Below the pieces are notes generated by a model. It was not told the DNA's origin and ran no database searches. It worked only from the letters and a program-made list of their open reading frames with translations. Shown here piece after piece: positions 20,662 to 31,106 of a stretch of DNA of 64,000 nt (positions within the stretch are counted from its first letter, which is position 1; each line of letters opens with the position of its first letter). The stretch covers positions 2,592,001-2,656,000 of the forward strand of contig OZ241889.1 in NCBI GenBank assembly GCA_965203355.1, given 5' to 3'. The DNA comes from Candidatus Latescibacterota bacterium. Lineage in GTDB: Bacteria > Latescibacterota > UBA2968 > UBA8231. The position numbers were made by a program, and so were the translations under genes.

Positions 20662-20716
20662 CGTAACCCATACTTCACCCGCATGACACGCGAGTGTAAC
20701 AAAAGGCGTGTAAACT
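20662..20716 (+). promoter_or_regulatory. Putative Pho-box promoter of pstS
   Basis: CGTAACC (20662), CTTCACC (20673), TGACACG (20684) and TGTAACA (20695) at 11-bp period, 9 nt, then TAAACT. Confidence 0.75.
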
Positions 20717-20749
20717 GTTACAATCCCATAGGTGTCTGGAGGACGCAAA

Positions 20750-21712
20750 ATGGCGAAAACGTGGATACCGGTACTGAGCGTCTTTGCGCTGGTCGCCCAC
20801 GCCCAGACCATGGCGGTTGACGAGCGGATCTCGCCTTACGAGAAGGTCCGTGGCATAGCGGGCAACGCCAGCAGTATCGGCTCGGATTCCATGAATAATA
20901 CGATGGCCCTGTGGTTGGAGGCTTTTCGCAAATACTATCCCAACGTCAAGATCCAAATCGAGGGCAAAGGTTCGAGCACCGCACCGCCCGCCCTGATCGA
21001 AGGCACGGCGCAGTTCGGGCCGATGTCGCGGCCCATGAAGTCGAGCGAGGAAGACCAATTCGACCGCGCCTTTGGCTATAAACCGACGCCCTTGCGGGCG
21101 GCGCTCGACGCGCTGGCCGTTTTCGTCAACAAGGACAATCCCATCGCGGGCCTGACCCTGCCGCAGGTCGATGCGATCTTCTCCAAGACTCGGCGCGGCG
21201 AGTTTCCCGCCGACATCGCGTCTTGGGGGCAGTTGGGGCTTGGTGGCGATTGGGCCAAGGCCCGTATTAGCCTCTACGGCCGCAACTCGGCCTCGGGCAC
21301 CTATGGCTTTTTCAAAAAGCAGGCCCTGTTCCAAGGCGACTATAAGGACGAAGTCAAAGAGCAACCCGGGTCGGCGTCCGTCGTCCAAGGAGTTACTGAA
21401 GATCGCTTTGCCGTGGGCTACAGTGGCATTGGCTATCAGACCTCTGGCGTGCGCATCGTGCCCTTGGCCAAGGCCGCGGGACAGGAGTTTGAGCAAGGCT
21501 CCATGGCAAACGTACTGAGCGGCTCCTATCCCCTGGGACGCTTCCTATACATTTATATAAACAAGGCCCCCGGCCAAGCCATAGACCCGCTAGTGCGGGC
21601 GTTCTGCACGTTTATTTTTTCTAAAGAAGGCCAACAAATTGTCGTCAAAGACGGCTTTATGCCCGTGCCGTTTGAGGTGGCCCAAGCCGAAGTGGCCAAA
21701 TTGGACCGCTAA
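20750..21712 (+). CDS. pstS: Phosphate ABC transporter substrate-binding protein
   Basis: GSDSM, GKGSSTA, MSRPM, GRNSASGTY and GYSGIGY motifs; GGAGG RBS. Confidence 0.95.
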   Translation: MAKTWIPVLSVFALVAHAQTMAVDERISPYEKVRGIAGNASSIGSDSMNNTMALWLEAFRKYYPNVKIQIEGKGSSTAPPALIEGTAQFGPMSRPMKSSEEDQFDRAFGYKPTPLRAALDALAVFVNKDNPIAGLTLPQVDAIFSKTRRGEFPADIASWGQLGLGGDWAKARISLYGRNSASGTYGFFKKQALFQGDYKDEVKEQPGSASVVQGVTEDRFAVGYSGIGYQTSGVRIVPLAKAAGQEFEQGSMANVLSGSYPLGRFLYIYINKAPGQAIDPLVRAFCTFIFSKEGQQIVVKDGFMPVPFEVAQAEVAKLDR

Positions 21713-21724
21713 GAGCGCGGCCTC

Positions 21725-23917
21725 GTGAGCGACAAGCCATACAAACGAGGGGCCTCGCCCCGGGCGCGAATCATCGACTGGCTGGCTGGGCGCTTCATCT
21801 GCTTTGGTGGCATTGGCATTGTCGCCGCCGTCTTGGGGATATTCTTCTTTGTCCTGGCCGAGGCTTGGCCCCTATTCCGCGGCCCACAACTCAAGCCAGA
21901 AAAAGCACACCCAGTGTCCGGCCCATTTGCCATTGGACTCGACCCCTACTACCAGACCGCCTATGCCGTCGGCCCGCAGGGGGTGGATTTGTTGCGGTTG
22001 GACGATGGCCAAGTCTTCCGCCACGAGCGGCCGGCCGAGTTGGCTGGCCGCGAGATAACGGGGGCACAGCGCGGGCCAAACGATGTTTTGGTGCTAGGAA
22101 CGGACGACGGGCACTTGTTGTTGGCGCAGGTCCATTTCCACCTCGATTACAGCCGGGGCCAGCGTCAGGTGGTGCCGCAGTTTGCCGTTGAGCGTCTGGT
22201 TGCGGTTGATCCGTTGGGCGAGCCGCTGGTGCAGGTGGCCTGGCGGGAAGGGGACGACGGTCGCTCGGCCGCGGCGGCGATTACGGCGAGTGGTCGCTTG
22301 GTGGTGCAGGAGGCCGCGCGGCCGGGTCTGTTGGGGATGGGCGAGCAGTACGATCTAACTGCCGCCCTCGACGGAAAGGCCACTCAGGTGCTGATCGACA
22401 GCCGCATTCGCCAAGTGCTAGTGGGAACGGATCAAGGGCAGGTGTACGAGTGGGCCTTGGGCCCTGTGGAGCAAGCTCCTGTGTTGGCCGGGCGCATTGC
22501 CGTCGCGGAAGGCGCCGTTTCGGCCTTGGCGTACGCGCTAGGCGAGATTTCGCTGGTCGTCGGCGATGCGGCCGGCCACGTCAGCACGTGGTTTAAGGTC
22601 GAGGTGGCCGGGCAGCGGTCGTATCGCAAAATCCATGCTTTTGCTTCCCATACAGCGGCCGTTACCCACATTGCCGCCTCGGTACGCAACAAGCAGTTTC
22701 TCACGGCGGATGCCGAGGGGACCATTGCCCTGCACCACCTGACTTCCGCGCAGACCGCTTTCCAGCGGCCGGGCAACGCCCCGGTGACAGCGTTGGTCTT
22801 TGCGCCCAAGGCCGACGGATTTTTGGCCCTCCACCAAGATGGGTGGTTGCAGCGCTTTGTCCTCGACCATCCCCATCCCGAAATCAGCGCGGCCGTGCTA
22901 TTGGCCCCCATTTGGTACGAGGGGTACCCGGGCCGCGAATACGTATGGCAGTCCACGGGCGGCACGGACGAGTTTGAGCCTAAGCTCAGCTTGGTTCCGC
23001 TGATTTTGGGCACGGCCAAGGGCACGCTCTACGCCCTGCTCTTTGCGTTGCCGTTGGCCGTTTTAGCGGCGATGTACACGGCCGAATTTGCCTCGCCGCG
23101 CGTGCAGGGCTTGGTCAAGCCAGCCGTGGAAGTCATGGCTTCGGTGCCGAGCGTTATCTTGGGCTTTCTCGCTGGCTTTTGGCTGGCTCCCCTGCTCGAA
23201 TCGCACTTGTTGGGGAGCTTGCTGCTGCTGCCGACGGTGCCAGCCGTGATCATAGCCGCGGCTTGGGGCTGGCAATATGCTCCAGCGGCTTGGGTGCGCC
23301 CAGTGGCGTGGGTGGGGGAGGGGTACTTGCTCGGCGCGGTGACCTTGCTCGCCATTGGGTTGGCATACGCGCTGGGGCCAGTTTTTGAGGAGCTGGCCTT
23401 TGACGGGCACTTCTTGGGTTGGCTACAGCAAGACGCCGACGTGGCCTACGATCAGCGCAACGGCTTGGTCGTAGGCGTTGCCCTGGGCTTTGCCGTCATT
23501 CCGCTGGTCTTCACCATCTGCGAGGACGCTTTTTCAAGTGTACCCCGTCATTTGCGCGCCGGCTCGCTGGCCTTGGGTGCCACGCCTTGGCAGACGGCGA
23601 TCAAGGTGGTGTTGCCCATGGCTTTACCGGGCATTTTCTCGGCGGCCATGATCGGCCTCGGCCGCGCCGCTGGCGAAACCATGATCGTGCTGATGGCCAC
23701 AGGCAATACCCCGATTATGGACTGGAACATTTTTAACGGCATGCGCACCATCGCGGCCAATATCGCCGTGGAGCTGCCCGAAGCGCCGCACCAAGGTACG
23801 CTCTATCGAGTGCTTTTCCTCAGTGGCTTGGTGCTGTTTGTGGTCACCTTCTGCATCAATTCGCTGGCCGAGGTCGTGCGGCAACGCTTGCGGGATAAAT
23901 ACAATCAACTGGGATGA
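21725..23917 (+). CDS. pstC: Phosphate ABC permease PstC, long form with WD40-like domain
   Basis: SVPSVILG, GRAAGETMIV and AVELPEA motifs; large beta-propeller-like insert. Confidence 0.92.
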   Translation: MSDKPYKRGASPRARIIDWLAGRFICFGGIGIVAAVLGIFFFVLAEAWPLFRGPQLKPEKAHPVSGPFAIGLDPYYQTAYAVGPQGVDLLRLDDGQVFRHERPAELAGREITGAQRGPNDVLVLGTDDGHLLLAQVHFHLDYSRGQRQVVPQFAVERLVAVDPLGEPLVQVAWREGDDGRSAAAAITASGRLVVQEAARPGLLGMGEQYDLTAALDGKATQVLIDSRIRQVLVGTDQGQVYEWALGPVEQAPVLAGRIAVAEGAVSALAYALGEISLVVGDAAGHVSTWFKVEVAGQRSYRKIHAFASHTAAVTHIAASVRNKQFLTADAEGTIALHHLTSAQTAFQRPGNAPVTALVFAPKADGFLALHQDGWLQRFVLDHPHPEISAAVLLAPIWYEGYPGREYVWQSTGGTDEFEPKLSLVPLILGTAKGTLYALLFALPLAVLAAMYTAEFASPRVQGLVKPAVEVMASVPSVILGFLAGFWLAPLLESHLLGSLLLLPTVPAVIIAAAWGWQYAPAAWVRPVAWVGEGYLLGAVTLLAIGLAYALGPVFEELAFDGHFLGWLQQDADVAYDQRNGLVVGVALGFAVIPLVFTICEDAFSSVPRHLRAGSLALGATPWQTAIKVVLPMALPGIFSAAMIGLGRAAGETMIVLMATGNTPIMDWNIFNGMRTIAANIAVELPEAPHQGTLYRVLFLSGLVLFVVTFCINSLAEVVRQRLRDKYNQLG

Positions 23918-25317
23918 AATTTTGGCGTCGGGGCGACCCTTTTATCTGGCTTACGGGTGGGGCGTTGGCCCTGTGCTTGGCGCTGATCGCCGGCTTGGTG
24001 GGGATTATTGCCTATTGCGGCGCGGGCGCGTTCTGGCCGCAGGATTTGATCCTATTGCGCCTCAAGGACGGCCAGCAAGTCTTGGGCAAGCTGATGGCTC
24101 GACAGCCCATTCCCGGGGCCACAGGGTACTATCGAGTGCAGCTAAAAGTCGGCAACCGCGATGTGTACGGCCAGGACTTTCGCTGGGTGGATGAGGCCGA
24201 GATTGCCGAGCGTCAAACGCCCGCCGCGGCCGTGGTCTTTGAGCGGGTCGAGTGGGGGGATCTGCACGGCTTTATCACGGCCTTGTACGAAGAGGAGCGG
24301 CTGCTGGCCACCGGGGAAGGGGTTTGGGCGGTTTTACAAGGGTTGATGGAGCGTGGACTGGACGAGGGCTGGGAGGTGGAGGTCGCGCTGGCCGGTGGCG
24401 TGCCGCGCCGCGTCGCTGTCGCCGCTATCGTCCGCGCCTATCGCCCCAATTTGATGGGCACGGGAGCCAAGGTGCAGACCTATCTAGCCAAGGGCTGGGA
24501 GTTTGTGGCGGGCGAGCCGCGCGAGTCCAACACGGAGGGTGGCGTATTTCCCGCGCTCTTTGGCATGGTGATGATGGTGATGCTGATGAGCTTGGCGGCC
24601 GTGCCCTTCGGGATTCTAGCGGCACTCTACCTGCGCGAGTACGCCCGGCAGGGCTTTTGGGTGCGCCTCGTCCGCATTGCGGTCAACAACTTGGCGGGGG
24701 TGCCTTCCATTGTCTTCGGCATGTTCGGGCTGGGCTTTTTCGTGTACGGCATTGGCGGTAGCATTGACCAGCTCTTTTACGCGGACGCCCTGCCAACGCC
24801 TACTTATGGCACCGGCGGCATTCTCTGGGCCTCGCTGACCTTAGCCCTGCTGACGGTGCCCGTTGTCATCGTTGCCACCGAGGAGGGCTTGGCGGCCGTG
24901 CCCGGGGCCATGCGCGAAGGGGCGCTGGCGTTGGGGGCCACCAAGTTTCAAATGATTTGGCGCGTGGTTTTGCCCAGTGCGCTGCCGGGCATTCTCACCG
25001 GGGTTATCTTGGCCACGGCGCGCGGAGCCGGTGAGGTCGCGCCGCTTATGATCACCGGCGTCGTCAAGCTGGCCCCGGATTTACCGCTCGATACGCTGGC
25101 CCCGTTTTTTCACCTAGAGCGCAAGTTCATGCACTTGGGCTTTCACATCTACGACGTGGGCTTTCAGTCGCCCAATGTGGAGGCGGCTCGGCCCATGGTG
25201 TACACCACGGCTCTGCTGCTGTTGGCGATTGTGCTGCTGATGAATTTGACGGCGATTGTCGTCCGCAATAAACTGCGCCGACAGTACGCTACTTCGGGCC
25301 TTTTAGGGATGCTATGA
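23914..25317 (+). CDS. pstA: Phosphate ABC permease PstA
   Basis: [20 protein letters not shown] and ARGAGEVAP motifs. Confidence 0.93.
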   Translation: MKFWRRGDPFIWLTGGALALCLALIAGLVGIIAYCGAGAFWPQDLILLRLKDGQQVLGKLMARQPIPGATGYYRVQLKVGNRDVYGQDFRWVDEAEIAERQTPAAAVVFERVEWGDLHGFITALYEEERLLATGEGVWAVLQGLMERGLDEGWEVEVALAGGVPRRVAVAAIVRAYRPNLMGTGAKVQTYLAKGWEFVAGEPRESNTEGGVFPALFGMVMMVMLMSLAAVPFGILAALYLREYARQGFWVRLVRIAVNNLAGVPSIVFGMFGLGFFVYGIGGSIDQLFYADALPTPTYGTGGILWASLTLALLTVPVVIVATEEGLAAVPGAMREGALALGATKFQMIWRVVLPSALPGILTGVILATARGAGEVAPLMITGVVKLAPDLPLDTLAPFFHLERKFMHLGFHIYDVGFQSPNVEAARPMVYTTALLLLAIVLLMNLTAIVVRNKLRRQYATSGLLGML

Positions 25318-26144
25318 GCAAGACGACCGCCCCCCTAACCGAAGACCGCACCGGCGCTACTGTTCGGGAAGCCATGGCTCCGACCCAGGCCAACGCCATC
25401 GTCGAAATGGAAGACCTGAGCGTGTTCTACGGCGATACACAAGTCTTGCACGACATCAATCTGTGCATTCCCGGGCGCGAGGTGACCGCGTTCATCGGAC
25501 CTTCGGGCTGCGGCAAATCGACGCTCTTGCGCTGCCTCAATCGCCTCAACGACTTGATCGAATCCGCGCGCATTGAAGGCGAGGTGCGAGTGGGGGGCCG
25601 CGACATTTACGCGCCCGACTGCGATGTGATCGACTTGCGGCGGCGGGTCGGCATGGTATTCCAAAAACCCAATCCCTTCCCCAAATCCATCTACGAGAAC
25701 GCAGCCTATGGCTTGCGCGTTGCTGGAGAAAATCGCCGCTGGGTCCTCGACGAGGTCGTCGAGAAGAGCCTGAGAGCCGCGGCCCTGTGGGACGAGGTCA
25801 AGGACCGGCTCAAGGACAATGCGTTGAGCTTGTCCGGCGGCCAACAGCAGCGGCTGTGCATTGCGCGCACCCTGGCTGTCGAGCCCGAGGTGGTGCTGAT
25901 GGACGAGCCGTGTTCAGCGCTGGATCCGATTGCCACCGCACGGGTCGAGGAGATGATCGCCGAGTTAAAGGCCGATTACACCATCGTCGTCGTCACGCAC
26001 AATCTGCAACAAGCGGCGCGGATTTCGACCTATACGGCCTTTTACAATCTAGGCACCTTGATCGAATTCAGTCAGACCGAAGTCCTGTTCACCAATCCCC
26101 GTAGCAAACAGACCGAAGATTACGTAACCGGCCGTTTTGGCTGA
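25314..26144 (+). CDS. pstB: Phosphate ABC ATP-binding protein
   Basis: [26 protein letters not shown] and YVTGRFG motifs. Confidence 0.97.
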   Translation: MSKTTAPLTEDRTGATVREAMAPTQANAIVEMEDLSVFYGDTQVLHDINLCIPGREVTAFIGPSGCGKSTLLRCLNRLNDLIESARIEGEVRVGGRDIYAPDCDVIDLRRRVGMVFQKPNPFPKSIYENAAYGLRVAGENRRWVLDEVVEKSLRAAALWDEVKDRLKDNALSLSGGQQQRLCIARTLAVEPEVVLMDEPCSALDPIATARVEEMIAELKADYTIVVVTHNLQQAARISTYTAFYNLGTLIEFSQTEVLFTNPRSKQTEDYVTGRFG

Positions 26145-26158
26145 GGCCGCAAGGAGCC

Positions 26159-26848
26159 ATGGAAAGAAAATTCGACCAGCAACTAGACGGCCTCAAACAA
26201 GATTTACTAAAAATGGGAGGGGCCGTTGAAGAGTCCATTGGGCAGGCTGTGTGCGCCCTCGTGGACCGCAACGACGCGCTAGTGCAGGCCGTTATTGAAG
26301 GCGGCAAGAAGATCGACGATTGGGAAATCGGCATTGAGGAGACTTGTCTAAAGATATTTGCGACCCAAGGGCCGATGGCACGCGACCTGCGGCTGTTGGC
26401 CTGTACGCTGAAAATCAACGAAGACCTAGAGCGGATCAACGACGAAGCCGTCAACATCGCCCAGCGCGCCGCAGTACTCAACAAGCTGCCACTCCTCAAG
26501 CCGCTGATCGACATACCGAGGATGTCCGAACTGGCCCAGCGTATGGTCAAGGATGCCCTCGATGCGTTTGTGCGCCGCGATGTGGAACTGGCCCGCGACG
26601 TTGGTCAGCGCGACGAAGAACTCGACCTGTTGCGCGACCAGATTTTTCGCGAACTGCTCACGTACATGCACACCCCGTCGCTTGGGCCGGACCCTATCGA
26701 CCGCGGCATCTACCTGATCTTGGTGTCGCGGCACCTCGAAAGGATTGGCGATCACGCCTCTAACATTGCCGAGAACGTAGTGTTCCTCGTCGAAGGGCGC
26801 ATCGTGCGGCACCAAAAGGAAAACTGGTGGGAGGAAAACGACTCGTGA
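26159..26848 (+). CDS. phoU: Phosphate signalling protein PhoU
   Basis: PMARDLR, DLERI and LERIGDHASNIAE motifs. Confidence 0.95.
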   Translation: MERKFDQQLDGLKQDLLKMGGAVEESIGQAVCALVDRNDALVQAVIEGGKKIDDWEIGIEETCLKIFATQGPMARDLRLLACTLKINEDLERINDEAVNIAQRAAVLNKLPLLKPLIDIPRMSELAQRMVKDALDAFVRRDVELARDVGQRDEELDLLRDQIFRELLTYMHTPSLGPDPIDRGIYLILVSRHLERIGDHASNIAENVVFLVEGRIVRHQKENWWEENDS

Positions 26849-27537
26849 ACGACAAAATTTTGATTGTAGAGGACGAGCCCGACATCCTCAATTTGGTCTC
26901 GTACCATCTAGAGCAATCCGGGTTTTCGGTCGTGTCAGCCGAGGACGGAGAAAAGGCGCTGAGCGCGATTGAGCAAGAGAGGGTCGGCCTCGTGATCTTG
27001 GATTTGATGTTGCCGGGGATCAGTGGCTTAGAGGTCTGCCGCTTCCTCAAGCAAAATCCCCGCACCAAGGGCATCCCGGTCTTGATGCTGACGGCGCGCG
27101 CCGAAGAGCTCGATCGCATCGTCGGCTTGGAACTAGGGGCGGACGATTACTTGGTCAAGCCCTTTTCCCCGCGCGAGCTCGTCTTGCGCATCCACGCCAT
27201 ATTGCGCCGCATCTACCGGCGCGACGAAACCGAAACCGCACAGATCGTAGCTGGCCCCTTGGCCATCGACTTGGTGGGATGTCAGGTGCAACTGGGCCGC
27301 GACATTATCGAATTAACCGCGACCGAGTTCAAGCTCCTGAAGACCCTGGCGCAGCGGCGCGGCCGGGTGCAGTCGCGGGAAGAATTGCTCAAGGTGGTGT
27401 GGGGCTACGAGTACATTGGCTATAGTCGCACGGTTGATACGCACATCCGCCGCCTGCGGGAAAAGCTCGGGGCGGCCGCCGAACTGGTCGAAACCGTGCG
27501 CGGTATGGGCTATCGCTTTCGCCGAGAGGGCCGCTAG
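26845..27537 (+). CDS. phoB: OmpR-family response regulator PhoB
   Basis: EDE, DLMLP, GADDY.VKPF, RTVDTHIRRLR and TVRGMGY motifs; pst context. Confidence 0.9.
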   Translation: MNDKILIVEDEPDILNLVSYHLEQSGFSVVSAEDGEKALSAIEQERVGLVILDLMLPGISGLEVCRFLKQNPRTKGIPVLMLTARAEELDRIVGLELGADDYLVKPFSPRELVLRIHAILRRIYRRDETETAQIVAGPLAIDLVGCQVQLGRDIIELTATEFKLLKTLAQRRGRVQSREELLKVVWGYEYIGYSRTVDTHIRRLREKLGAAAELVETVRGMGYRFRREGR

Positions 27538-28847
27538 TGCGCCTCGGGTGGGCCTGGCTGCTGAGCAACGCGCTTTTGGCCGTGCTCGTTTGGTGGAGTG
27601 CCCACATCGCGCTCGCGCTCGCGCTCGCCGCGCTTTGGACCGCTGGCCAAGTCTGGTGGTGGCGCCGCGCCGCCCGCCAGCAGGGCGTGCAGTTGCGCCA
27701 GCGCGCCGAAGCGGCTCTCGGCGACCCGACTTGGTTGGCGCCGTTCCATTCCGAGCTAGCGCGGGCCTTTGCGGATTTCGCCGAGCGCATACAACAGCGC
27801 GTCCATCAACTAGCAAGCGAAAAAAGCCGTTTAGAGGTCATCCTCGAAAGCATTACCGAGGCTATCTTGGTCGTCGATCGCGATGGCCGCGTGGTGCTGG
27901 CCAACCAGGCGCTGATCAACCTGTTTGACTTAGAGCCACCGCTCGAGGGGCTGTTGACCGCCGAGGTCGTGCGTTACGCCGCCATCCAAGACGCGCTAAC
28001 CGGGTGTTTGGCCGAAGGGCACCGTCGAGCAATGGAAGTGGAGCTAACCGGCGCACCAGAGTGCCATTTGGACATGCAGGTCGCGCCGATCCTCGAAGGG
28101 AACGAGTGCATCGGCGCGGTAGCGGTCCTCTACGACATTACGCGCCTGCGCCAGCTAGAGCGGATGCGCCGCGACTTTGTGGCCAATGTGTCCCACGAAC
28201 TGTGTACGCCGTTGACAGCCATCAAGGGCTATGCCGAGATTTTATCCGATGGCGCACTCGACGACCGAGCGACCGCGCGTCGCTTCACGGGCATTATCGA
28301 AAATCACGCCGACCGCCTGACCCACTTGCTCGGCGATTTGCTCAACCTGTCGCGGCTGGAGTCCGATCAATTAGAAGTCGAGTTGGCTCCTTGTGCGCTC
28401 AAGCCCTTAGTCGATACGTCTGTTGGCTCGGTCAGCCAAGCCGCCGCGCAAAAGCAAATTGCCATTCACTGCGACATTCCGCCGTCTGTTCAGGTGGTCT
28501 GCGACGCCAAATTGATCGAGCGCGCCCTTATCAATTTGCTCGACAACGCCGTCAAATACACGCCCGCTGGCGGCAAAGTCCGCATTGGTACGCGGCCTGT
28601 CGAAGGCGCGGATCGCCGGACGATTTACGTCGAAGATACGGGTATTGGGATCCCCTCCGAGGACTTGGGGCGGATCTTTGAGCGTTTCTATCGGGTTGAC
28701 AAGGGGCGCTCGCGCACGCTCGGCGGCACGGGTTTGGGATTGTCCATCGTGCGCCACATCGCCGAGGCTCACGGCGCGCAAGTAAGTGTGCAGAGCAAGT
28801 TAGGAGCGGGGACGACTTTCAGTTTTGAATTGCAAAGCCTTAGTTAA
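27537..28847 (+). CDS. phoR: Sensor histidine kinase PhoR
   Basis: PAS domain; DFVANVSHEL.TPL, NLLDNAVKY, FERFYRVDK and GTGLGL motifs. Confidence 0.92.
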   Translation: MRLGWAWLLSNALLAVLVWWSAHIALALALAALWTAGQVWWWRRAARQQGVQLRQRAEAALGDPTWLAPFHSELARAFADFAERIQQRVHQLASEKSRLEVILESITEAILVVDRDGRVVLANQALINLFDLEPPLEGLLTAEVVRYAAIQDALTGCLAEGHRRAMEVELTGAPECHLDMQVAPILEGNECIGAVAVLYDITRLRQLERMRRDFVANVSHELCTPLTAIKGYAEILSDGALDDRATARRFTGIIENHADRLTHLLGDLLNLSRLESDQLEVELAPCALKPLVDTSVGSVSQAAAQKQIAIHCDIPPSVQVVCDAKLIERALINLLDNAVKYTPAGGKVRIGTRPVEGADRRTIYVEDTGIGIPSEDLGRIFERFYRVDKGRSRTLGGTGLGLSIVRHIAEAHGAQVSVQSKLGAGTTFSFELQSLS

Positions 28848-29214
28848 GATCGCGATAAGGTGCTCGGCGTGGGTCGCCTTGGCGGCTGGCTGCGCGGGCG
28901 AGCGCGACGACGGCCAAGGTGCCGTGGAACAGGGCAAGGCCCTCTTCGCGCGCAATGGGTGTGCGGTGTGCCACGGGCCGGCCGGTCGCGGCGATGGCCC
29001 AGTCGCGGCAACGCTCCAGCCTCCCCCGCGCGACTTTCGCGATCCGGCCACCTACAAAAACGGCCACAGCCAAGCCGCCATTGCCCGCACGATTCAAAAG
29101 GGAATGCCCGGCACTCCCATGCCGGGCTATGGGCATCTGTCGGCCGAGGAACGCGCACAAATTGCCACTTATATCCGCTCTTTGCTGAAGAAAGAAAATG
29201 AAGACACGCCTTAG
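28825..29214 (+). CDS. Monoheme cytochrome c, probable lipoprotein (start uncertain)
   Basis: LAAGC lipobox-like motif; CAVCH; G.GDGP, PPRDF and PGTPMP motifs. Confidence 0.8.
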   Translation: MNCKALVKIAIRCSAWVALAAGCAGERDDGQGAVEQGKALFARNGCAVCHGPAGRGDGPVAATLQPPPRDFRDPATYKNGHSQAAIARTIQKGMPGTPMPGYGHLSAEERAQIATYIRSLLKKENEDTP

Positions 29215-30292
29215 CTTTTTGCTCTTATTCGCGTGGGGCCTGCTGTTTTTTGCCGCGCCCGGTCCCGTTCACGCCCACAAGCTCAACACCAGTTACACAA
29301 ATTTGATCGCGGAAGAGACCGCGCTCAAAGTGCGCGTACGCATGGACGATTTTGACCTGCTGAAGGTCGGCCTCGATCAAAACGGGGACAGCCTGCTGTT
29401 CCACGAAGAGATGGTGGCCGGTCTCGACGTTGCATTTGCCTTTGTCGAGGAGCAGATGCGCCTGCGCGCCAACGGCCAGCCGCTCACACTCGTGCGCGAG
29501 CGGGGGGACATCACCCCGGACAATCAGGGCAATATGTTCGCCAATTTGTACTTCAGCGCCGAGGTGGAAGCCCCGGTCGGCGCGCTAGCGGTGTGGATTG
29601 GCTGGCCGGCGCGCTTTGGGGACGCGCACAAAAACTTGGCCAAGATCATGTTGCCCGGTCAGCCGCTCGTGCAAGCCGTGTTTTCGGCGGAATCGCCGCA
29701 GCAGACTTTTGCTGGCGAGAAGGCGCTGTGGGACCATCTATACGAGTTCACGGTGCTCGGGGTGGAGCACATTTTTCTCGGCTACGACCACGTCCTGTTT
29801 CTGCTGGCACTCATTGTGGTGGGCGGTCGCCTGCTCAGCTTGGTCAAGGTCGTCACGGCCTTCACCGTGGCCCACAGCATCACCCTCTGCTTGGCCGCCC
29901 TGGAAGTCGTCCGGCTGCCGAGCCAGTGGATTGAGGCTGGCATCGCCTTGAGCATCGTGTACGTCGCGGTGGAAAATTTTTGGCTCAAGCGCACGGACTA
30001 CCGCTGGATGATCACTTTTGCCTTTGGGTTGGTGCATGGGTTTGGCTTTGCCAATGTGCTGCGCGAGTTGGGATTGCCCACGCGCGGGCTGGTTGCTTCG
30101 CTGTTTGCGTTCAACGCCGGCGTGGAGATCGGTCAGGTAGCTATTGTCGCGCTCGTCTTTCCGCTGATCGCTTGGCTCGGTCGGCAGTCCTATCAGCGCA
30201 CGGTCGTCTTGGTGGTGTCGGCGGTGATTGGGCTGTTTGGGTTGGGCTGGTTTGTCGAGCGGGTTTTGGGGCTGGAGTATATGCCGCTGTGA
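29198..30292 (+). CDS. HupE/UreJ-2 family membrane protein
   Basis: AHK after the signal peptide; GVEHI..GYDH, AFTVAHSITL, FGLVHG.GFA and FNAGVEIGQ motifs. Confidence 0.88.
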   Translation: MKTRLSFLLLFAWGLLFFAAPGPVHAHKLNTSYTNLIAEETALKVRVRMDDFDLLKVGLDQNGDSLLFHEEMVAGLDVAFAFVEEQMRLRANGQPLTLVRERGDITPDNQGNMFANLYFSAEVEAPVGALAVWIGWPARFGDAHKNLAKIMLPGQPLVQAVFSAESPQQTFAGEKALWDHLYEFTVLGVEHIFLGYDHVLFLLALIVVGGRLLSLVKVVTAFTVAHSITLCLAALEVVRLPSQWIEAGIALSIVYVAVENFWLKRTDYRWMITFAFGLVHGFGFANVLRELGLPTRGLVASLFAFNAGVEIGQVAIVALVFPLIAWLGRQSYQRTVVLVVSAVIGLFGLGWFVERVLGLEYMPL

Positions 30293-30374
30293 GCGCGGGC
30301 AGCGTCTATGTGGTACATTAATCCTTAATAAGCGGTTGATACTCTCCTGTTTTAACCATCCATATTGAGGCTAT

Positions 30375-30635
30375 ATGAGCAAAACGTGGCAGGTACAAGA
30401 GGCAAAGGCGCGATTTGGCGAACTTCTCGAAGCGAGTCTAAAAGAAGGGCCGCAGGTCGTGACCAAGCGCGGCGTGGAGACGGCGGTGCTCGTCCCCATA
30501 GCTCAATGGCGGAAGTTGGAGAAGAGAGCCGAGCCAACCTTGAAGGACTTGATGCTGGCGTCTGGAGCTAAGACGGAATCCCTTACCCCGCCGCGCCAAC
30601 ACCAGTGCCAGCGGGCGACGCAGGTCTTTGAGTAG
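30375..30635 (+). CDS. Phd/YefM family antitoxin
   Basis: WQVQEAKARFGEL and GPQVVTKRG..AVLV motifs. Confidence 0.88.
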   Translation: MSKTWQVQEAKARFGELLEASLKEGPQVVTKRGVETAVLVPIAQWRKLEKRAEPTLKDLMLASGAKTESLTPPRQHQCQRATQVFE

Positions 30636-30640
30636 GCTTC

Positions 30641-30706
30641 GTGTATCTCCTCGATACCAATGTCGTCTCGGAGTTGCGCCGTGTTAGGTCGCTACTGGTG
30701 GAGTAG
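30641..30706 (+). pseudogene. Truncated VapC/PIN toxin
   Basis: Reads MYLLDTNVVSELRR (canonical PIN N-terminus), then stops after 21 codons. Confidence 0.8.
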
Positions 30707-30782
30707 GGATTAAGTCGGCTCAACCATTGTTTTGTCTTCTAAAACATACGTGAGTTATATTTATATGAGGAGGATTCAGGTG

Positions 30783-31073
30783 ATGTCGAAATTGTCGGCG
30801 GGGCTAAAGAATAAGCAAGCCTATCTCATGTATTGGGCGCTAGTTTGCGCCCTCTGCGTAGGAGTGGGGGCTTGCTCGACAGATACCTTGATGGCCCCCA
30901 AGAGCAATGCACAGAGCGCCAGAGAATTGGAGGACTCAGGCGATGTCGAAATCATCGGCGAGATTGAAGAAGTCGAGGAGGACTCAGGCGATGTCGAAAT
31001 CATCGGCGAGATTGAAGAAGTCGAGGAGAAATTAGGCGATGCACAAATCACCGGAGAAATCGAGGAGGACTGA
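30783..31073 (+). CDS. Small lipoprotein with acidic tandem repeats
   Basis: GAGGAGG RBS; lipoprotein signal ending VGAC; (EDSGDVEIIGEIEEVE)x2. Confidence 0.6.
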   Translation: MSKLSAGLKNKQAYLMYWALVCALCVGVGACSTDTLMAPKSNAQSARELEDSGDVEIIGEIEEVEEDSGDVEIIGEIEEVEEKLGDAQITGEIEED

Positions 31074-31106
31074 GGCGATGTCGAAATCATCGGCGAGATT
31101 GAAGAA
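30930..31106 (+). repeat. 48-bp tandem repeat (2 exact copies, 1 degenerate, 1 partial)
   Basis: GAGGACTCAGGCGATGTCGAAATCATCGGCGAGATTGAAGAAGTCGAG at 30930 and 30978; variants at 31026 and 31065. Confidence 0.92.

Noticed and set aside
21725-25317. Unusually long PstC and PstA as a novelty
   Set aside because: Long forms with extra soluble domains are known, e.g. in Pseudomonas- and Vibrio-type pst operons
27609-27626. (GCGCTC)3 as a phase-variable repeat in phoR
   Set aside because: Only three in-frame units, encoding ALALAL in a TM helix
30930-31106. Possible CRISPR array
   Set aside because: Repeats are contiguous with no unique spacers, lie within coding sequence, and no cas genes are nearby
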